A stretch of DNA of 64,000 nt from Selaginella moellendorffii. Lineage: Eukaryota > Plantae > Lycopodiophyta. Positions 1-13,471 of this stretch are shown here, in pieces; position 1 is the first letter of the stretch, and every line of letters starts with the position of its first letter. A program made the translations under genes and the position numbers. The stretch spans positions 1 to 64,000 of the forward strand of contig NW_003314394.1 in the NCBI RefSeq assembly GCF_000143415.4, written 5' to 3'. The notes under the pieces are model-generated. The model saw only the letters and a list, made by a program, of their open reading frames with translations. It had not been told where the DNA came from and searched no databases.

Positions 1-3000
1 TCCTTGAGTACTTCATTGAGAGTCTACTCTCGACTATCTAAGTCGAAGCTTTTAGTCTAAATGTGTTACTCTAGTTTGGCTTCCATTTTAGCCACTACCA
101 CGTGGCACCCTTTTGGCTCCACTTTTGGGGCTCTGAGATTTGTGTCTCACAACTCCACCACCCATAGATGAAGTTCAATGTTCTCATCGAACGATAAACC
201 ATTTTATAAAGTAACACCAATATGTATTACCCTTTCCATCTTTGACACTTAGCTAATATTCGTCAATAGTTTGACACCAAGGCTCACCATGCCTTATCCA
301 TCCTCTAAGGAGCATAGCCTTTCCAACTTAAAGACTCATTCAATCACTTATAGTGGTTCTCTCCTTTTATTGGTTTAGTTCTTGCTAAACCTATTACAGA
401 CACCTTCTTTATTTGAATCTCACTACTCATTCTTGAGTAGTTTCAGTTTCCATCGATATAACCTTTGCACTTTGGAATTTTTAATTTTGACTTCTCGAAG
501 TCAACTTTTTAGGTGCCCCTGTCATTTTACATTGCATATATTGTGCAAACTCCACTTCCCCATCCTAAGAAGTTCTCTACTTAAAAGCACTATCATCCTC
601 TTTTTTATTTCTTGCCACTTTTGGCACTAAGTTCTAGTTATCATAATTGGTGCTAAAGTTGTCTATGGCCTTATCATTTGGCTACCTTGCCAATCCCTCC
701 CTTGGAGCTTCCACTTTCGCCAAATCAGAGTAGTGTGGAATCCATCATTGGAAATATATTATCTTTCCCACAATCCGTTAGCATCCAATACTTTAGTGTT
801 CCTGGCCTAACTTTGCTCTTTGGATTTCTTCCTATGATTCCCATGGCTCTTTTCTTAGCCATTAGTCTTTTACTCTTATCTTTTGACTATTGCACTTAAC
901 AACATAGGATCATTACTTTCATTCTCAAGGTATTCTTTCGGTTCTATAACAAAAACTTTGCTTTGCCAAGTCTAAAGGGTGTTTACCCCTAATAAATCTC
1001 TTTAGCATTTTCAACTATAAGCTCTATCCATGGCTCAACTTTGTGACCCTCCTATGGTCTTTCTTAGAGACTACTCTCTTCGAACTTACTATGCTATTGC
1101 ATTGATATAGCTCATTTCCCTTAGGTGTTCTTCCCACTTGATCACCTTAACCAAGCCACACCATTATCAATAATTCAAATCAACACTTTGAATTAGAAAC
1201 TTTATTCCTTAATCTCACAAAAACTTTATCTTTGCTTAACTGTAAGATCACTTAGCGATCTATCTTTGACACCTTAACAGGTTTGCCAATAAGTACTAGG
1301 TCTTCCAGACTTTTGAGTTATTGACCATGACCCCGGGGGGCATCCCCCACACTTAGCAATGCACCCAAGCTGGCCCTCCTAGCCAAGGGTCTATAGCAAT
1401 TGAGATCCATCTCATTCACTATGTCCTTGGTGCCACTTGCACCAAAGTGTTCAAGTTAGATATGTTATATTTTCACACTAAGTAATCTAATTGTGCATCA
1501 CGACTTTGGGGCATCCCCTCCTTGGCGGTGTGCCCAAGCCAACCTTTGTACTAAGAGTCCATGACCACCAAAAAATGAGTGTCTCATATTCTAAACCGTT
1601 CCCATGACTTTAATATGGCACATTCTGCCATCAATAAGATACCCACTGTTCTCATATTTGAATCTTATGATCTTCCCCATCCTTCATAAGGTACAAGACA
1701 CCTCAGTCCAAATGCTTCCACTAGTCCCTTGGGACCATTCTTTGACTCCACTTGAGTTATCCAACTTTTTAGACTTTGCTAATTTGATGACCCATAAGGT
1801 CCTAGCCTAATACTTGATTATTTTTCGTTCCTTATGGGTTACTTTTGCCCCTTAGGACTATCTATCCATATGATGAGAATACTTATTCATCATTTCAATA
1901 CACCCTAAATTCCTTGGGTTTGTTCCAACATTTATAAAATGTAGCCCTAGCTACCATTTCAAGGACTTGTGTCCTTATCCGTATTTGACCTTCCACAGTC
2001 ATTAATTCTAGTCTTAAATTCATGAGTACCAACCTCAACTATATAAGGATAATCTTATGACTCCTTTATTGTTTTAAAATCTTTATCTTTCTTGTGATCC
2101 CAACTATAGTTATTTACCACAACTACATTAGCTAGTTTGCTAAGTCAAATGCTCATCTAGATCACATCCTCAACTCTCTAAAGAAAACTTTATACTATTC
2201 CCAAGATCCCAAAGTTATTCCTTTATTGGCCCTTTTCTATCCACCACTTTGCCTACAAGTTCACACATGAACTATAGTGGAAAGTTATGCTCTCCTAACT
2301 TACTACTCCTCAAGGATAGGCCCACTCATAGAACCTTCTAATGCCAACACAAGTGATGATATACTTAAGTATCAATAAAAGTTGGACTAAGGAATAGCTT
2401 CGATACTAAATTGTAAGCGACTAAATTTTTCATTCTACTTTAGTCACTTAACCACACCCCCAACCATTTGGAGGAGTCTCACTTACAACCTCCATAAGTC
2501 ATATTCCAAACTTGGGGCTTGGCATCCATGCCACTCAACCTTTGCACTTGGTCCAAGTGCTCCACATGTCCCATCCCATAACCGCCACTCAAAGGTACCA
2601 CTAACATATTAGCCCGTTACGCTAAGGCTATGCCTATTCACCTTTGTCACACCGGTGATTCAACACCACCGACATCACAGTCCTGTCTTTCAAAGACTGG
2701 GCCATCCATCTATGAGTAATCATCCAAGATCCACTCCTTAGCATCCTTAGAACACCTGTAGACATAAAAAATAACACTTCTCCAATATCCCTTTTTCAAT
2801 CCCTACCAAGTCCCTATCTATCCATGGTCGTGTTTGCCAACATTGCCACTAGGTCAAGGCCCACCGGTCCGACCACTAAGTTCCATTGTCCTTTGGGACT
2901 TCCTCACTACGTAACCATATCTTTGGTCACTACACCAGAGGACTGCCCCTTTTCCTTTTCATAGTTTGGGACTTTGGGACAACATTTCGAAACACCATAA

Positions 3001-4210
3001 CCCTACACGAGCCTCATGGGTACTCTCCCCACCTTCTACCTTTAGGTGCTTTAGCCATGGGGCTAGAATAAGGTTCTATTGAGCCACACCAGGTATCCAA
3101 GTAGGTAGTGCCACCCATGCTTGGACTGGGAGTATTAGCCATTCGATCTCCCAGGGAACTAAAGCTGGCTCTTGAACACTTCATCACGCTACCCCGCTTG
3201 TTTGTCCATATTCACTCTAGCTTTGGACTCCTCAGTGGATATAATATCACCTAACACCTAGGTATAGCCTTCCTGGGTCACACTAGCCTTTCCTGACTAA
3301 ATTGGCTCCACTAAGTCCAACCCCCACACTCTCCCTACTATACTTTTGGAACCCCCTGCAGGCCCCCTCTGAGGGACAATTGCTTTGGGCTTTCACTCAA
3401 CAGCCTGTATTAGTATTTGGACTCGGACTCAGACTCGGATTCGGACTCGGATTCGGACTCGAACTTAGACTAAGACTCGGTCTCGGTCTTGGACTCGGAC
3501 TCGGACTTGGACTCGATCTTGGTCTCCATCTCAAACTCCATCTCAGGTCCATCTTAGACTCCATCTCGAACTCCATCTCAAATCCATTTCGAACTCCATC
3601 TTGGGTCCATCTCGAACTCAGTCTCAGTCTTGGTCTACATCTCGGACTTCATCTCGGATCCATCTCAGACTTCATCTCGGATCTATCTTAGAATCCATCT
3701 CGGACTCTATCTTGGGTCCATCTCAGACTCCATCTCAGATCCTCCACGAGTGAAAGCCTGTATTAGTATTTGGACTCGAACTCGGACTCGAACTCAGACT
3801 TGGTCTCAGTCTCGGACTTAGACTCGGACTCGGACTCAGTCTTGGTCTCCATCTCGGACTCCATCTTGATTCCATCTCGGACTCCATCTCGGGTTCATCT
3901 CAGACTTTATCTTGAACTCCATCTCAGGTCTATCTCAAACTCCATCTCGAACTCCATCTCGGGTCCATCTCAGATTCCATCTCGGGTCCATCTCAGATTC
4001 CATCTCGGGTCCATCTCGGACTCTATCTTTGGTCCATCTCAGACTCCATCTCGGGTCCTCCATGTGTCATATGTTGGTCCTCTTATGTCCCTTTTCTAGA
4101 GACTCACTTACTGCTTGCTTCGTGCTCATTCCTGACTCGACTTTCCAAGTCGAAGCTTTTAGTCCAAATGTGTTACTCTCATTTGGCTTCCACTTTAGCC
4201 ACTACCACAT
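1..4210 (-). mobile_element. Internally deleted, degenerate Ty3/gypsy-family LTR element: 5' LTR ~2412-4210, ~2.3 kb internal region, 3' LTR 1-151 running off the window
   Basis: On the - strand the LTR ends ...CTTACA at 2412, followed by a PBS-like TAGTATCGAAGC (2397-2408). PPT GGGTGGTGGAG (153-163) matches that of the 26494-33838 element. 30-100 matches ~4140-4207. 1331-1400 and 1505-1570 match that element's 3' UTR (33271-33350). No intact ORFs. Confidence 0.75.
3418..4055. repeat. Hexamer/12-mer tandem array (GGACTC / CCATCTCGGACT) inside an LTR
   Basis: Directly visible. The reverse-complement type of array (GAGACC/GAGTCC/GAGATC) occurs in the LTRs at ~26575-26757, 33495-33708 and 42527-42790. 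Confidence 0.9.
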
Positions 4211-4214
4211 ATAT

Positions 4215-4761
4215 ACAATAGCTCTCTCTTGAGCCCTGCTCTCTTAACACCCTACCCTTGGGTCGAGCCTAACTAGAGTAAATTGAACCTAACCTTTTTC
4301 CTCTATATTTAAACCCCTATGAATTGTCTTTCAAGTTGTTCCCTTTGGTTGCTTACAATCCACTACACTTTCTTACAAGTTCACACCCTCGTGAATAGAA
4401 GTTGAGAGTTATAGCTCTCTCAAGAGCTTCACTCTTTTGACACCTTACCCCTCAAGTCGAGCCCAACTAAAGCAAATTGGGCCTATCAAATATCAATTTT
4501 AACATATGGTGTGATTTCCTTATCCAACCAACAGAGTCGGACCCCATATTACTTTGATACCAAATATAAGCTTTTGAATTTAAACTTCATGAAATGTCAC
4601 CCAACCTAGTACTATTCAAATCCAAGGACACTTAACCCCGAATATCCCAAGACCCTTAACTGATTGGAAAAAGAGGGTGCACTCTTTATTCATATGTCTT
4701 TTCCCTCTATATTTAAACTTTTATAGATTGTTTTTCGAGTCGTTCTCTTTGGTTGCTTACA
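4215..4761 (-). mobile_element. TRIM (terminal-repeat retrotransposon in miniature), partly tandem
   Basis: - strand: ~195 bp LTR 4761-4566 starting TGTAAGCAACCAAAG, PBS TGGTATCAAAG (4562-4552), ~200 bp non-coding core, purine-rich tract, then a second LTR starting at 4357. The core is repeated at 4215-4290. Confidence 0.7.
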
Positions 4762-4769
4762 AAGGGGTT

Positions 4770-5335
4770 GTAGCGCACATGGTTTTTACCCTTTATCCTA
4801 TGATGATTTATTATAGGATAACCACAGAATTGGAACCTAAACCCTCCATATGCCACATGTCACATGCTATATGCCATATGCCACGTGTCCAAAGTACAAT
4901 GGTGCAAAACCTGAGTTTTAGAGCCTTGGGCCACTAAACGAAAGAACAGTGCCAAACTCCTAAACTAGAAGCCAAAGAGTGAAGGAACTGGACTACGGAG
5001 TAACTCCCGAGCATACAGCCCAAGGAGCGAAGGGATAGGAGCATGGAGTGACTTGGAACAATCCTAGAGTATCCAGCATTTTAATGTCAAAACCAGTACA
5101 CAAAACAGAGACAAACAAAGTCTTGTGCTATTTCAACATACTAGTGGCCTAACGCAAGGATATGGGTACTCTACCAACCAGCTTAGTACTATTCAAACCC
5201 AAGGATACTTAGCCCCAAATATCCCAAGATCTTTAATCGATTAAAAAAGAAGGTGCACTTTTATTCATGAGCCCTTTCCGTCTATCTTTGAACCCCACAG
5301 ATCATCTCTCAAGTCGTTCTCTTTGGTTACTTACA
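4770..5335 (-). repeat. LTR fragments of the 11430-12090/21750-22615 family plus a further TRIM LTR (5180-5335)
   Basis: 4770-5175 is the reverse complement of parts of 11750-12090 and 22320-22615. 5180-5335 matches 4605-4761. Confidence 0.65.
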
Positions 5336-7863
5336 GAAACTTACTAAATATAAAATGTCCTTTCAATTTGGACATAGGACGAACACCATGGTTCAAGAGG
5401 CATTAGAAAGCTCTTATCCAGCCACATGCCAAATATATGTGGATCTTCTCCTTGCTTTATTCTGCAGCACACTCACAAAAGGTGGCAATCTTCCTTGGGT
5501 ACTACTAGTAGCAACCAACTCCTTGGCATCTTTATTTAAGGACTAGGCTTCTTGGGAGTTCACAGCCCTCTCTACAGTAGCCAATAAGATTTTAGCCAAG
5601 CTTGGAGCTAGGGATAATGTGAAAACAACAAGTGGTGATTTGCCAAATGCAAGTGACAACATTGTTGGTGTTCCAGTCATGACTTTCAATGATCAAGAGA
5701 CATCAGCCTCCACACTCATGAACAATCTCTTTCAACCACACAACTCAAATAACTTGGATCACATAATTCCCAACTAATGGTGTTTACCCCTATTGAGAAG
5801 ATCTTGAATTTCTAGAGCCCTTTATTTGAACCTCATATCCACCATGTTGTATGTTCTTATCTACTAACTTTGCCTTTCCAGGACACACTCATAGATTTAT
5901 GTACTTTATCATGGATCCCTACAAGATCAATAGACAACACTCTTACTCAATTCACTATCACAACTCCAATTTGTTTTCCTCACTAGCAAGGAGCCTCACT
6001 CAAGGATCTATGACACTCACATCACCCATTTGGATATGGCATATGCTAGCTATGGAGCAATAGTGAGTGCTCCAACCTCTTTTCTTAACTTTGGCCACAC
6101 TTAAAAGCTTTTGCATAACTTCCTTGCCACTGAAATGAGTCTTCTTTAGTTGGCAATAGCTTTATATCATCCTAGAGTCACCACTCCAATACTTCAATAT
6201 GGCATCACACAATCACATGCCTTTGGGTTTCTTCATGTTTCAGCTCTGATTCTCTACATGGTGTCCTCAAGCATGGAGCCTTCCCAAACACCCTACATAT
6301 CACAGAGATCCAGCATAACTATAGCTATAAATTATATACAATTTCATAGTAGCTTTCTCAAGTACATAAACAACTAAAGAAAACAACTCAAGATATAATT
6401 CATAAAAGTTCAAATATAAAGAGAAATAGCCTATCCCTTAAAAGAGCTCATCCATTTTCCAATCTTAAGATATTTAGAGTTAAGCCCAAGAAGTTCAAAT
6501 TCAAGAGTTTGTAATTTGCCCATCAGACTTCTACAAGCACTTCAGATGACTTTCTCCTCTTTAGCAACATCAACATTCCCCATTTAGGAACAATCAGCAC
6601 AACCCAACATTATGCTCTAAGTTCTCATACCAATGTCTTTTGCAACTTCAGATTCTCTTGACATCACAAGCTTTAGACCATCTTGCTTGACTTTAACTTG
6701 ATTGTCCATGGAATCCAAAGCTTTCTCTAGGATTCCTTTTGCCCTTTAGAGGCGAGCTTCTTCACAACAACACTCAAGAAAAACTCAACTCACCACCTTC
6801 TTCACTAGTGCTCCTTTCTTTTCTTCTTTGTTTTCAGTTGCTTTTCATGTTCTTCTAGGTAATTTTCTCTTGCAAACACAATCTCAAGCTTGGATTCCAG
6901 CCTTGGATGCCCTTAACTCCTCTTTTCTAGGAGCTCATTTATTTCTTGGCTATTTCCCCTTTATTTCCAAGTTCTTGTCTTTATCACTTTTAACAACACA
7001 TCCTCCAATTTTATTTCCATCCACTTACATTTACAAAATATCACTCTATTCACTCTCAAAATCATCATCACAAATATCTGATCTCTATTTTTATCAATAC
7101 AATGCAGATATAATCAAGTTTTTTGAATGTCAGAAACAAAAGATATAACTTGAACCATCACAGCATGAGACTTATGGCAAATCTAAAGACATTCCAACTT
7201 TTTTTTTAGTCAATTGGGCTTGCATAGAAAAGGCATCTAGACATTCATTAGTGGAGTAGACAACTCTCCTGCCACTGATTCCTCATCACCTGGTCGTGAT
7301 GTTTGTTATGCAATTAGGGTCAAGCAGAGGACGTCTTCCATGTTGCCAAGCTTTTGTCTTGCTGTGAGATTAGTTCCCCTGGCTTGGCAAAGTTATATCT
7401 CTCCTTGTGACTCCGGCCACTAGTACTGCAAAACACCTTGCAAACTAGAGATTAGAGTGCAGAAGGCGACTTGCTGATCTTGCTCAAAAGAGACCCAGCT
7501 CACCACGATCCAAACTCTCATCATCAGATTATAGAAAAAATATTATTCCACTTCCACCAAAGTATAACCTCTTAAGAGCGTCCTGCCAAGTTGCCCTGGA
7601 GCTGCTCACATCAGTGAAATCTCTGCTTTGCTGACCCTCATTCCAGCTCTGGAGCTCTATGTAGCATCCTGCGACATGATCGGCTAGCTAGTGGGATCAA
7701 TCCGTGGCTGACAATCTCCGCGATGTTAAGGAGCCGATTGAGCGAGGATGAACCTTGTTCCGCTTGAGTCTATCTCAAGCAGTGAGGCAAAGTAAGAACC
7801 GATTTTGTTTTATTTCTTTCTTCCGGCTTTTTTTCTTGATTTTGATCTTGGGGGCTCTCTCGT

Positions 7864-8425
7864 TTGATCTTGTACCTCATTGTAGGTGCTATGCGATTCT
7901 CACTTCGTTACACATGTTCGAGAGCTCCGAAATCGAAAAAAGCTCTTCTGTATGATCCAAAGATCTCGTCCAAGGCGGCCATCCGGCAGAAGCATCGTTC
8001 CTCGAGTCCATGCGGCTCATGTTCCCCAACAAGCAAAAGCTTCGTGCACAAGCAGCGGCAGAAGAGTGTCCGTGATACTTTATACAAGAAAAAGAGAGGC
8101 TTGGCAGACGACAAAGGCGTGCTTGATGGCATCGCCAACGGTGGGAGCCATATCAACCTTGGAGAAGACGACTTGGACATGCTAGTTGCTCTGGACGATC
8201 ATGCTTTCTCTCAGATGGTCGATCTTCTTGCTACAGGAGGGATTGAAGCTGTCATTGGAGCTTTCCCTGTGAATCTGAGCTGGAACCGCAGCAGGATACC
8301 AAGGACGAAGTCTCGCTTGAGAGTTTACCCCCGTGATTCATCTCAAACTAAGCTTGACAAACCAAATGGAGCTGCCGAAAATGACGTGAGTGAAGATGCC
8401 AAGAAAGAGCTTCGTTCAAGACCAG
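7864..8425 (+). CDS. Open reading frame of unknown function, truncated by assembly gap
   Basis: ~187 uninterrupted codons in a GC-richer, undecayed island. No recognisable motif. Confidence 0.3.
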
Positions 8426-8910
8426 NNNNNNNNNNNNNNNNNNNNNNNNNNNNNNNNNNNNNNNNNNNNNNNNNNNNNNNNNNNNNNNNNNNNNNNNNNN
8501 NNNNNNNNNNNNNNNNNNNNNNNNNNNNNNNNNNNNNNNNNNNNNNNNNNNNNNNNNNNNNNNNNNNNNNNNNNNNNNNNNNNNNNNNNNNNNNNNNNNN
8601 NNNNNNNNNNNNNNNNNNNNNNNNNNNNNNNNNNNNNNNNNNNNNNNNNNNNNNNNNNNNNNNNNNNNNNNNNNNNNNNNNNNNNNNNNNNNNNNNNNNN
8701 NNNNNNNNNNNNNNNNNNNNNNNNNNNNNNNNNNNNNNNNNNNNNNNNNNNNNNNNNNNNNNNNNNNNNNNNNNNNNNNNNNNNNNNNNNNNNNNNNNNN
8801 NNNNNNNNNNNNNNNNNNNNNNNNNNNNNNNNNNNNNNNNNNNNNNNNNNNNNNNNNNNNNNNNNNNNNNNNNNNNNNNNNNNNNNNNNNNNNNNNNNNN
8901 NNNNNNNNNN
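8426..8910. other. Assembly gap (N run)
   Basis: N bases. Confidence 1.
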
Positions 8911-9079
8911 ATGTTTTCCCATTGTTGGCTATATCAGCACCACAAAAAGTATTGGCAGCTTGTTGGTAATTAGACACTGTAAGCCCTGCTGGCATGGAAC
9001 CTCCATAACAATCAGCACTATAAATTACACCAAAGTACAAAAGGTTAAGAAACATAAGTGCAATAATTACTCTATCCAT
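8911..9079 (-). CDS. Small secreted Cys-containing protein, 5' part (3' end lost in gap)
   Basis: ATG at 9079. MDRVIIALMFLNLLYFGVIYSA is a signal-peptide-like hydrophobic leader, followed by DCYGGSMPAGLTVSNYQQAANTFCGADIANNGKT. Confidence 0.6.
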
Positions 9080-9149
9080 TGTGATTGAAAAGATGTATTG
9101 CAATGTCAGGTTTTCTAGGCAGTTCTTTAATAGTTGATTCAAATGTGTT

Positions 9150-9395
9150 CTATTAGAGCACGCAAGTATTTGATATGATATGTGATAAGATCAATGACTT
9201 TTACTACTAACCCTACCCCATTAGTTGATTGAATGTTTTCTATTAGGACACGCAAGTATTTGATAAGATTCATGATAAGATCAATGACTTTTACTTCTAA
9301 TCCTAAGGACACCCAAGAATTTGATAAGATTCATGATAAGATCAATGACTTAATCATAAGGACACCCAAGTATTTGATAAGATATGTTTATGATA
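9150..9395. repeat. Degenerate tandem repeat, ~4 units of AGGACACSCAAGTATTTGATAAGATTCATGATAAGATCAATGACTT
   Basis: Units begin near 9155, 9245, 9306 and 9359, immediately upstream of the secreted-peptide gene. Confidence 0.8.
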
Positions 9396-10196
9396 AAATT
9401 TTATTTCTATCACTTTATTCAATTAATAGTTTATTTAAATGCGCATTATTAAAATAAATCAAATTTAGGATTTTAATATAAATTTTCTAAGTTATATTTA
9501 GTGTAATACAGAAATATTCAAAGCAATATTTCATGACAGTTTTAGACTGTAACCAAAGATAGCAGTATATAGAAGATCCACAGCATCTATAGTCTTAGGT
9601 GAGGCTTGGGGTCAAGTTGTACTGAGTCTTGTGGTGAGTGTCTAATGGAGTTAGCAAAGATCCAACAGGACATTTATTCAAAACTTGCACAAATAAAAAA
9701 AATCAAGAACAATTCATATGTTGAGGTAGCAATGGAAGACTTATTGTCATATCTTGTTTAGCCAAAAATCAAGGGTGTCTCTTGTGCAAGAAGTGATACT
9801 CCTTCTGGAATGTCCAAGAGTGAATTTGCAAGCCCTTATGTGTTTCTTACACAATTCTAACAGCCTGCTCTCACTTCGGTTTTGGCTTGTTATAAGCACA
9901 ATACAAGTTTGGTCTACTACTTTATACCTAGTGTGAGCTTTGTGTTAGTTTTATCCATGAGAAGGGATTTTGGTAGCTACGTAAATTAGTGGTGAAGGAG
10001 TAAATGAGTGAATGATAACTGACTTGGTCAGCCATTCATCCAATAGATTTGATCTTTTGTACCTTAGATAATATTATAAGAGTGTATGCCACTTTAGTAT
10101 AGAAATTGCCTGGTAGTTTGGCAATCTAACTACCATATCATCATAAATTCCAAGAATATCTATTAAATTTAATTTTGTGAGGTTTGTAAATATGTA

Positions 10197-10202
10197 TGTG
10201 TG

Positions 10203-10290
<88 letters not shown>
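10197..10290. repeat. Compound microsatellite (TG)n-(TA)n
   Basis: TG run 10197-10210, TA run 10213-10290. Confidence 0.97.
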
Positions 10291-10294
<4 letters not shown>

Positions 10295-11100
10295 TTATCC
10301 AGGTAATATACTAATTATAGGATTATAGCATATAGACTATTTAATCCATCCATTCTTGTATATAAGAAGGGGTTTACACCCCAATTAAGATATTTAATTC
10401 TCATATCCTAAACACTTACGTTGGTGGAAGTAAGGGGCATTGCAATTTATCGCTGAAGGGCAAAATTTTTACTATAGTGTTTAGGATTATGCTTTTATTT
10501 TTATTCTTTTCTTTTTCTTTTAGATTTAGATTTGTATTAGCTTTTTGTAAGATCTAAAATTTTACCTATTGCTATGTTTAAATTTACTCTTTTTTTTAAT
10601 CTTTATTACATTCCCTTCTTCTATCATGCCATACTATCATTGATCAAGGAATATATCACTTAAGGCTATTACTCCATTGAATCAAGTCTTTGGTGCTATA
10701 GGGTGTGATTATATTGGTGTTGCATTCATCTTTGATATATTGCCATCTCCAAATTTTGTGAGATATAATTACATAGCTTTTCTTGTTCTTAGTGTTTTGC
10801 CATCTCCTGTTAATGTGGAGCGTGTTCATGATATTGATTAAAGAGTTGTGAATAATGCAATTCAATCCTTGAAGAATGTTTAAGGATCGAGTTTATAGGA
10901 AGATAATGTTTACGAGTTTGAATAGAGTTTAAATTGTGATGAGGAGCTTAATTATTATAAAGATAGCTTTAAAGACAAATTAAAAATTTCATAAGGTAGG
11001 TATTAATCCTTCAATTTATCATTTGATCATTTCCTTTTACTTCTATTTGTTACAACTTTTTTTTATTTCTCGGTCTTTCTCAGTCTAAGCCACCTTCTCA

Positions 11101-11200
11101 NNNNNNNNNNNNNNNNNNNNNNNNNNNNNNNNNNNNNNNNNNNNNNNNNNNNNNNNNNNNNNNNNNNNNNNNNNNNNNNNNNNNNNNNNNNNNNNNNNNN
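11101..11200. other. Assembly gap (100 N)
   Basis: N bases. Confidence 1.
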
Positions 11201-11429
11201 TAATCATTTTGGGACTTTATGATTCTCATTCTCAATGTAGTGTTGAGTTGAGTGTTTTTTGTCCTCATACTAATTTAGATGTTAAGCATGTGCATAAAGT
11301 TAAGGATCTTGCTGTCGCAAATATAACTTCAAGTATCAAAAGTTACCTGTCGGCCAATTCTTACGGACACTCTTTCCTTATTGCCACGATGGCAGAAGGT
11401 CGGTATTGTTGAGACCTATTATTAGTCTC

Positions 11430-12090
11430 CGCCTAAGTTAGTTGAGAAATTGGTCTTCATGTGTGCACTTGACCAAATGAGTATAAAGATGGAATTCCTA
11501 AGTGCTATTAGTCAAACATACTTGACCTGGTTAGAGAAACTCATCCGTTGACTTACACTTGCTAGTGTTAGGAAGCCTAAAGTGTGTGTTTTTCAAGGAG
11601 GGGTGGCTGTGGGGGGTTCCAAATGTATAGTAGGGATAGTGGGTAGGTCGGGCATGGCTAACCAACTCGAGGCATAGTCTAGCTCCTGATTGCGTGCTTA
11701 TCTTTGTTCTACATCTAGCTTGGGTCTAAGCCCAAGCTCTACACCATATTAGCTAATGGAGTACCCATATCCTTGCGTTAAGCCACTAGTATGCCGAAAA
11801 AGCGCAAAACTCTGTTTGGCTCCGTTTTGCATGTTGGTCTTGGCATTGGGATATTGGTTGCTCTAGGACTGTTCCAAGTCACTCAGGACTCCTGTCCCTT
11901 TACTCCTTGGGCTGTATGCTTGGGAGTTGCTTCGTGGTCTAGTTTCATCACTCCTTGGCTCTAAGCTTGGGGGTTTGGCACCATTCCTTTGTTCAGTGGC
12001 CCAAGGCCCTGAACCTTGGGTTCCACACCACTATCCTATAGACACGTGGCACATGAAGGGTTTAGGTTCCATTTTGTGTTATCCTATGGT
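11430..12090 (+). mobile_element. LTR relic (same family as 21750-22615)
   Basis: Colinear similarity to 21750-21880 and 22130-22590. Contains the GGGGTTCCAAA-GTATAGTAGGGATAGTG motif shared by other LTRs in the window. Confidence 0.6.
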
Positions 12091-12189
12091 AAATCAAATG
12101 TATTTTTTGTTACAATGATGTTTTATAGATTGTAGTGGCTTTTGAAGTCCCTTTTTTCAGTTTGATTTGAGGTTGGTTTAGACTATACT

Positions 12190-12715
12190 TAACCAAAGAA
12201 AATGACTCAAGATACATTCTATAAAGTTCAAATATAAAGAAAATAAATCTATGAACAGAAATGCATCTCCTTTTCGAATTAGTTAAGAGTATTAGTATAT
12301 TTGAGATCTTTAGGTTTGAGTAGTATTAGGTTGGATGACTTCTTAGGAAATCTAAATTCAGAAGTTTACATTTTGTATTAAAGGGGTTTTAAGTTTGACT
12401 TTGTTGGTTAATTAAGGGAATCATAAGGGTCTCATGTTTGATTGTGTTGGTTAGCTAATAGAATTATACCATATATTGATATTGATATATAGTGGTTCAA
12501 TTTACTCTAGTTGGGCTTGACTCGAGGAGTAGAATGTCAAGAGAGTTGCAACTTTGAACTTTCATTCACACAGGCATAAACTTGCAAAGAAATATGATGA
12601 ATTATAAGTAATCAAAGAGAACAACTCAAAAAATAATCTATAGAACTAAAGTGCATTTTCATTTTCAATTGGTTAAAGGTCTTGAGATACTTAAGGTTAA
12701 ACATCCTTGGGTTAT
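12190..12715 (+). mobile_element. Second, more decayed TRIM copy
   Basis: Reverse complement of 4290-4761: LTR (AACCAAAGAAAATGACTC...TTTACA), degenerate PBS, core, second LTR from ~12603. Confidence 0.6.
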
Positions 12716-13471
12716 AAGAGCTTAGATGACCATTTTATTGCTACATACAAAGTTGTAATTGGTTCATCAGGATTCTGTAGTTGGCTAATACATGTAATAC
12801 ATGTATTACATTATGTAAGTAATAGATTAATTAATAGTACTATAACATATGGATCGTCCATTTAGAACTAAATCTAGTTCATCCATTCTCATATATAAGC
12901 AAGGGGTTAAACCCAAATTAAGGTACCTATTCCCAAATCCTGAGCATTCATAATTTTATGTTAAAAAATGTCTAATACACTTTATTTTAATATCTAATAC
13001 ATATTTCCTATTTTAGGGTAAATGGTTTTCTAGGGCACCTATTATAACTAAGACTACCACACTTCTTCAATTCCACCACATCCACCTCTTAAAAGAGTGG
13101 CTTTGGCAGATTAGGCAATTGCACATGATGGTGCTGCTGTCTATGTATGCTTGGTCTTGTGTGAAAGCCATATGGCCAGCCAAATAGTTTTCTAGGGTAC
13201 CCCTGGAAAATCATTAATGGTTTTTACATCATTTTGTTTTTTAGAAAACAAGATCATCACTAGCTTGTTTGTATGCAATAGTGGATAAACATAATGCATG
13301 TTAATTCAAACAAATTCTCACCTTTTATAAATAAAAAAAGTTTTAAACACATGTTTTCTACTTACTTTTTCAATATATAATTACATCAGGCTACTATACA
13401 ATTTCTGGCATAAAGTGGGAAATCTCCATGTTATAAACAATAAAGAGAAAGAGGCTTAGGTAGGCTACCTT

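Noticed and set aside
3302-4232. ORFs with (LG)n, (SD)n or SRxSxR repeats, also at 26573-26870 and 42523-42869
   Set aside because: Translations of the LTR hexamer arrays, which are stop-poor in several frames. Not genes.
5340-7750. Possible decayed gene(s) on the - strand
   Set aside because: Coding-like composition but many stops and no motif I could assign.
7864-9142. Long ORFs spanning 8426-8910
   Set aside because: Artefacts of translating through the N gap.
9150-9395. Repeat-spacer-like pattern suggesting CRISPR
   Set aside because: Degenerate tandem repeat without unique constant-length spacers. No cas genes, eukaryotic context.
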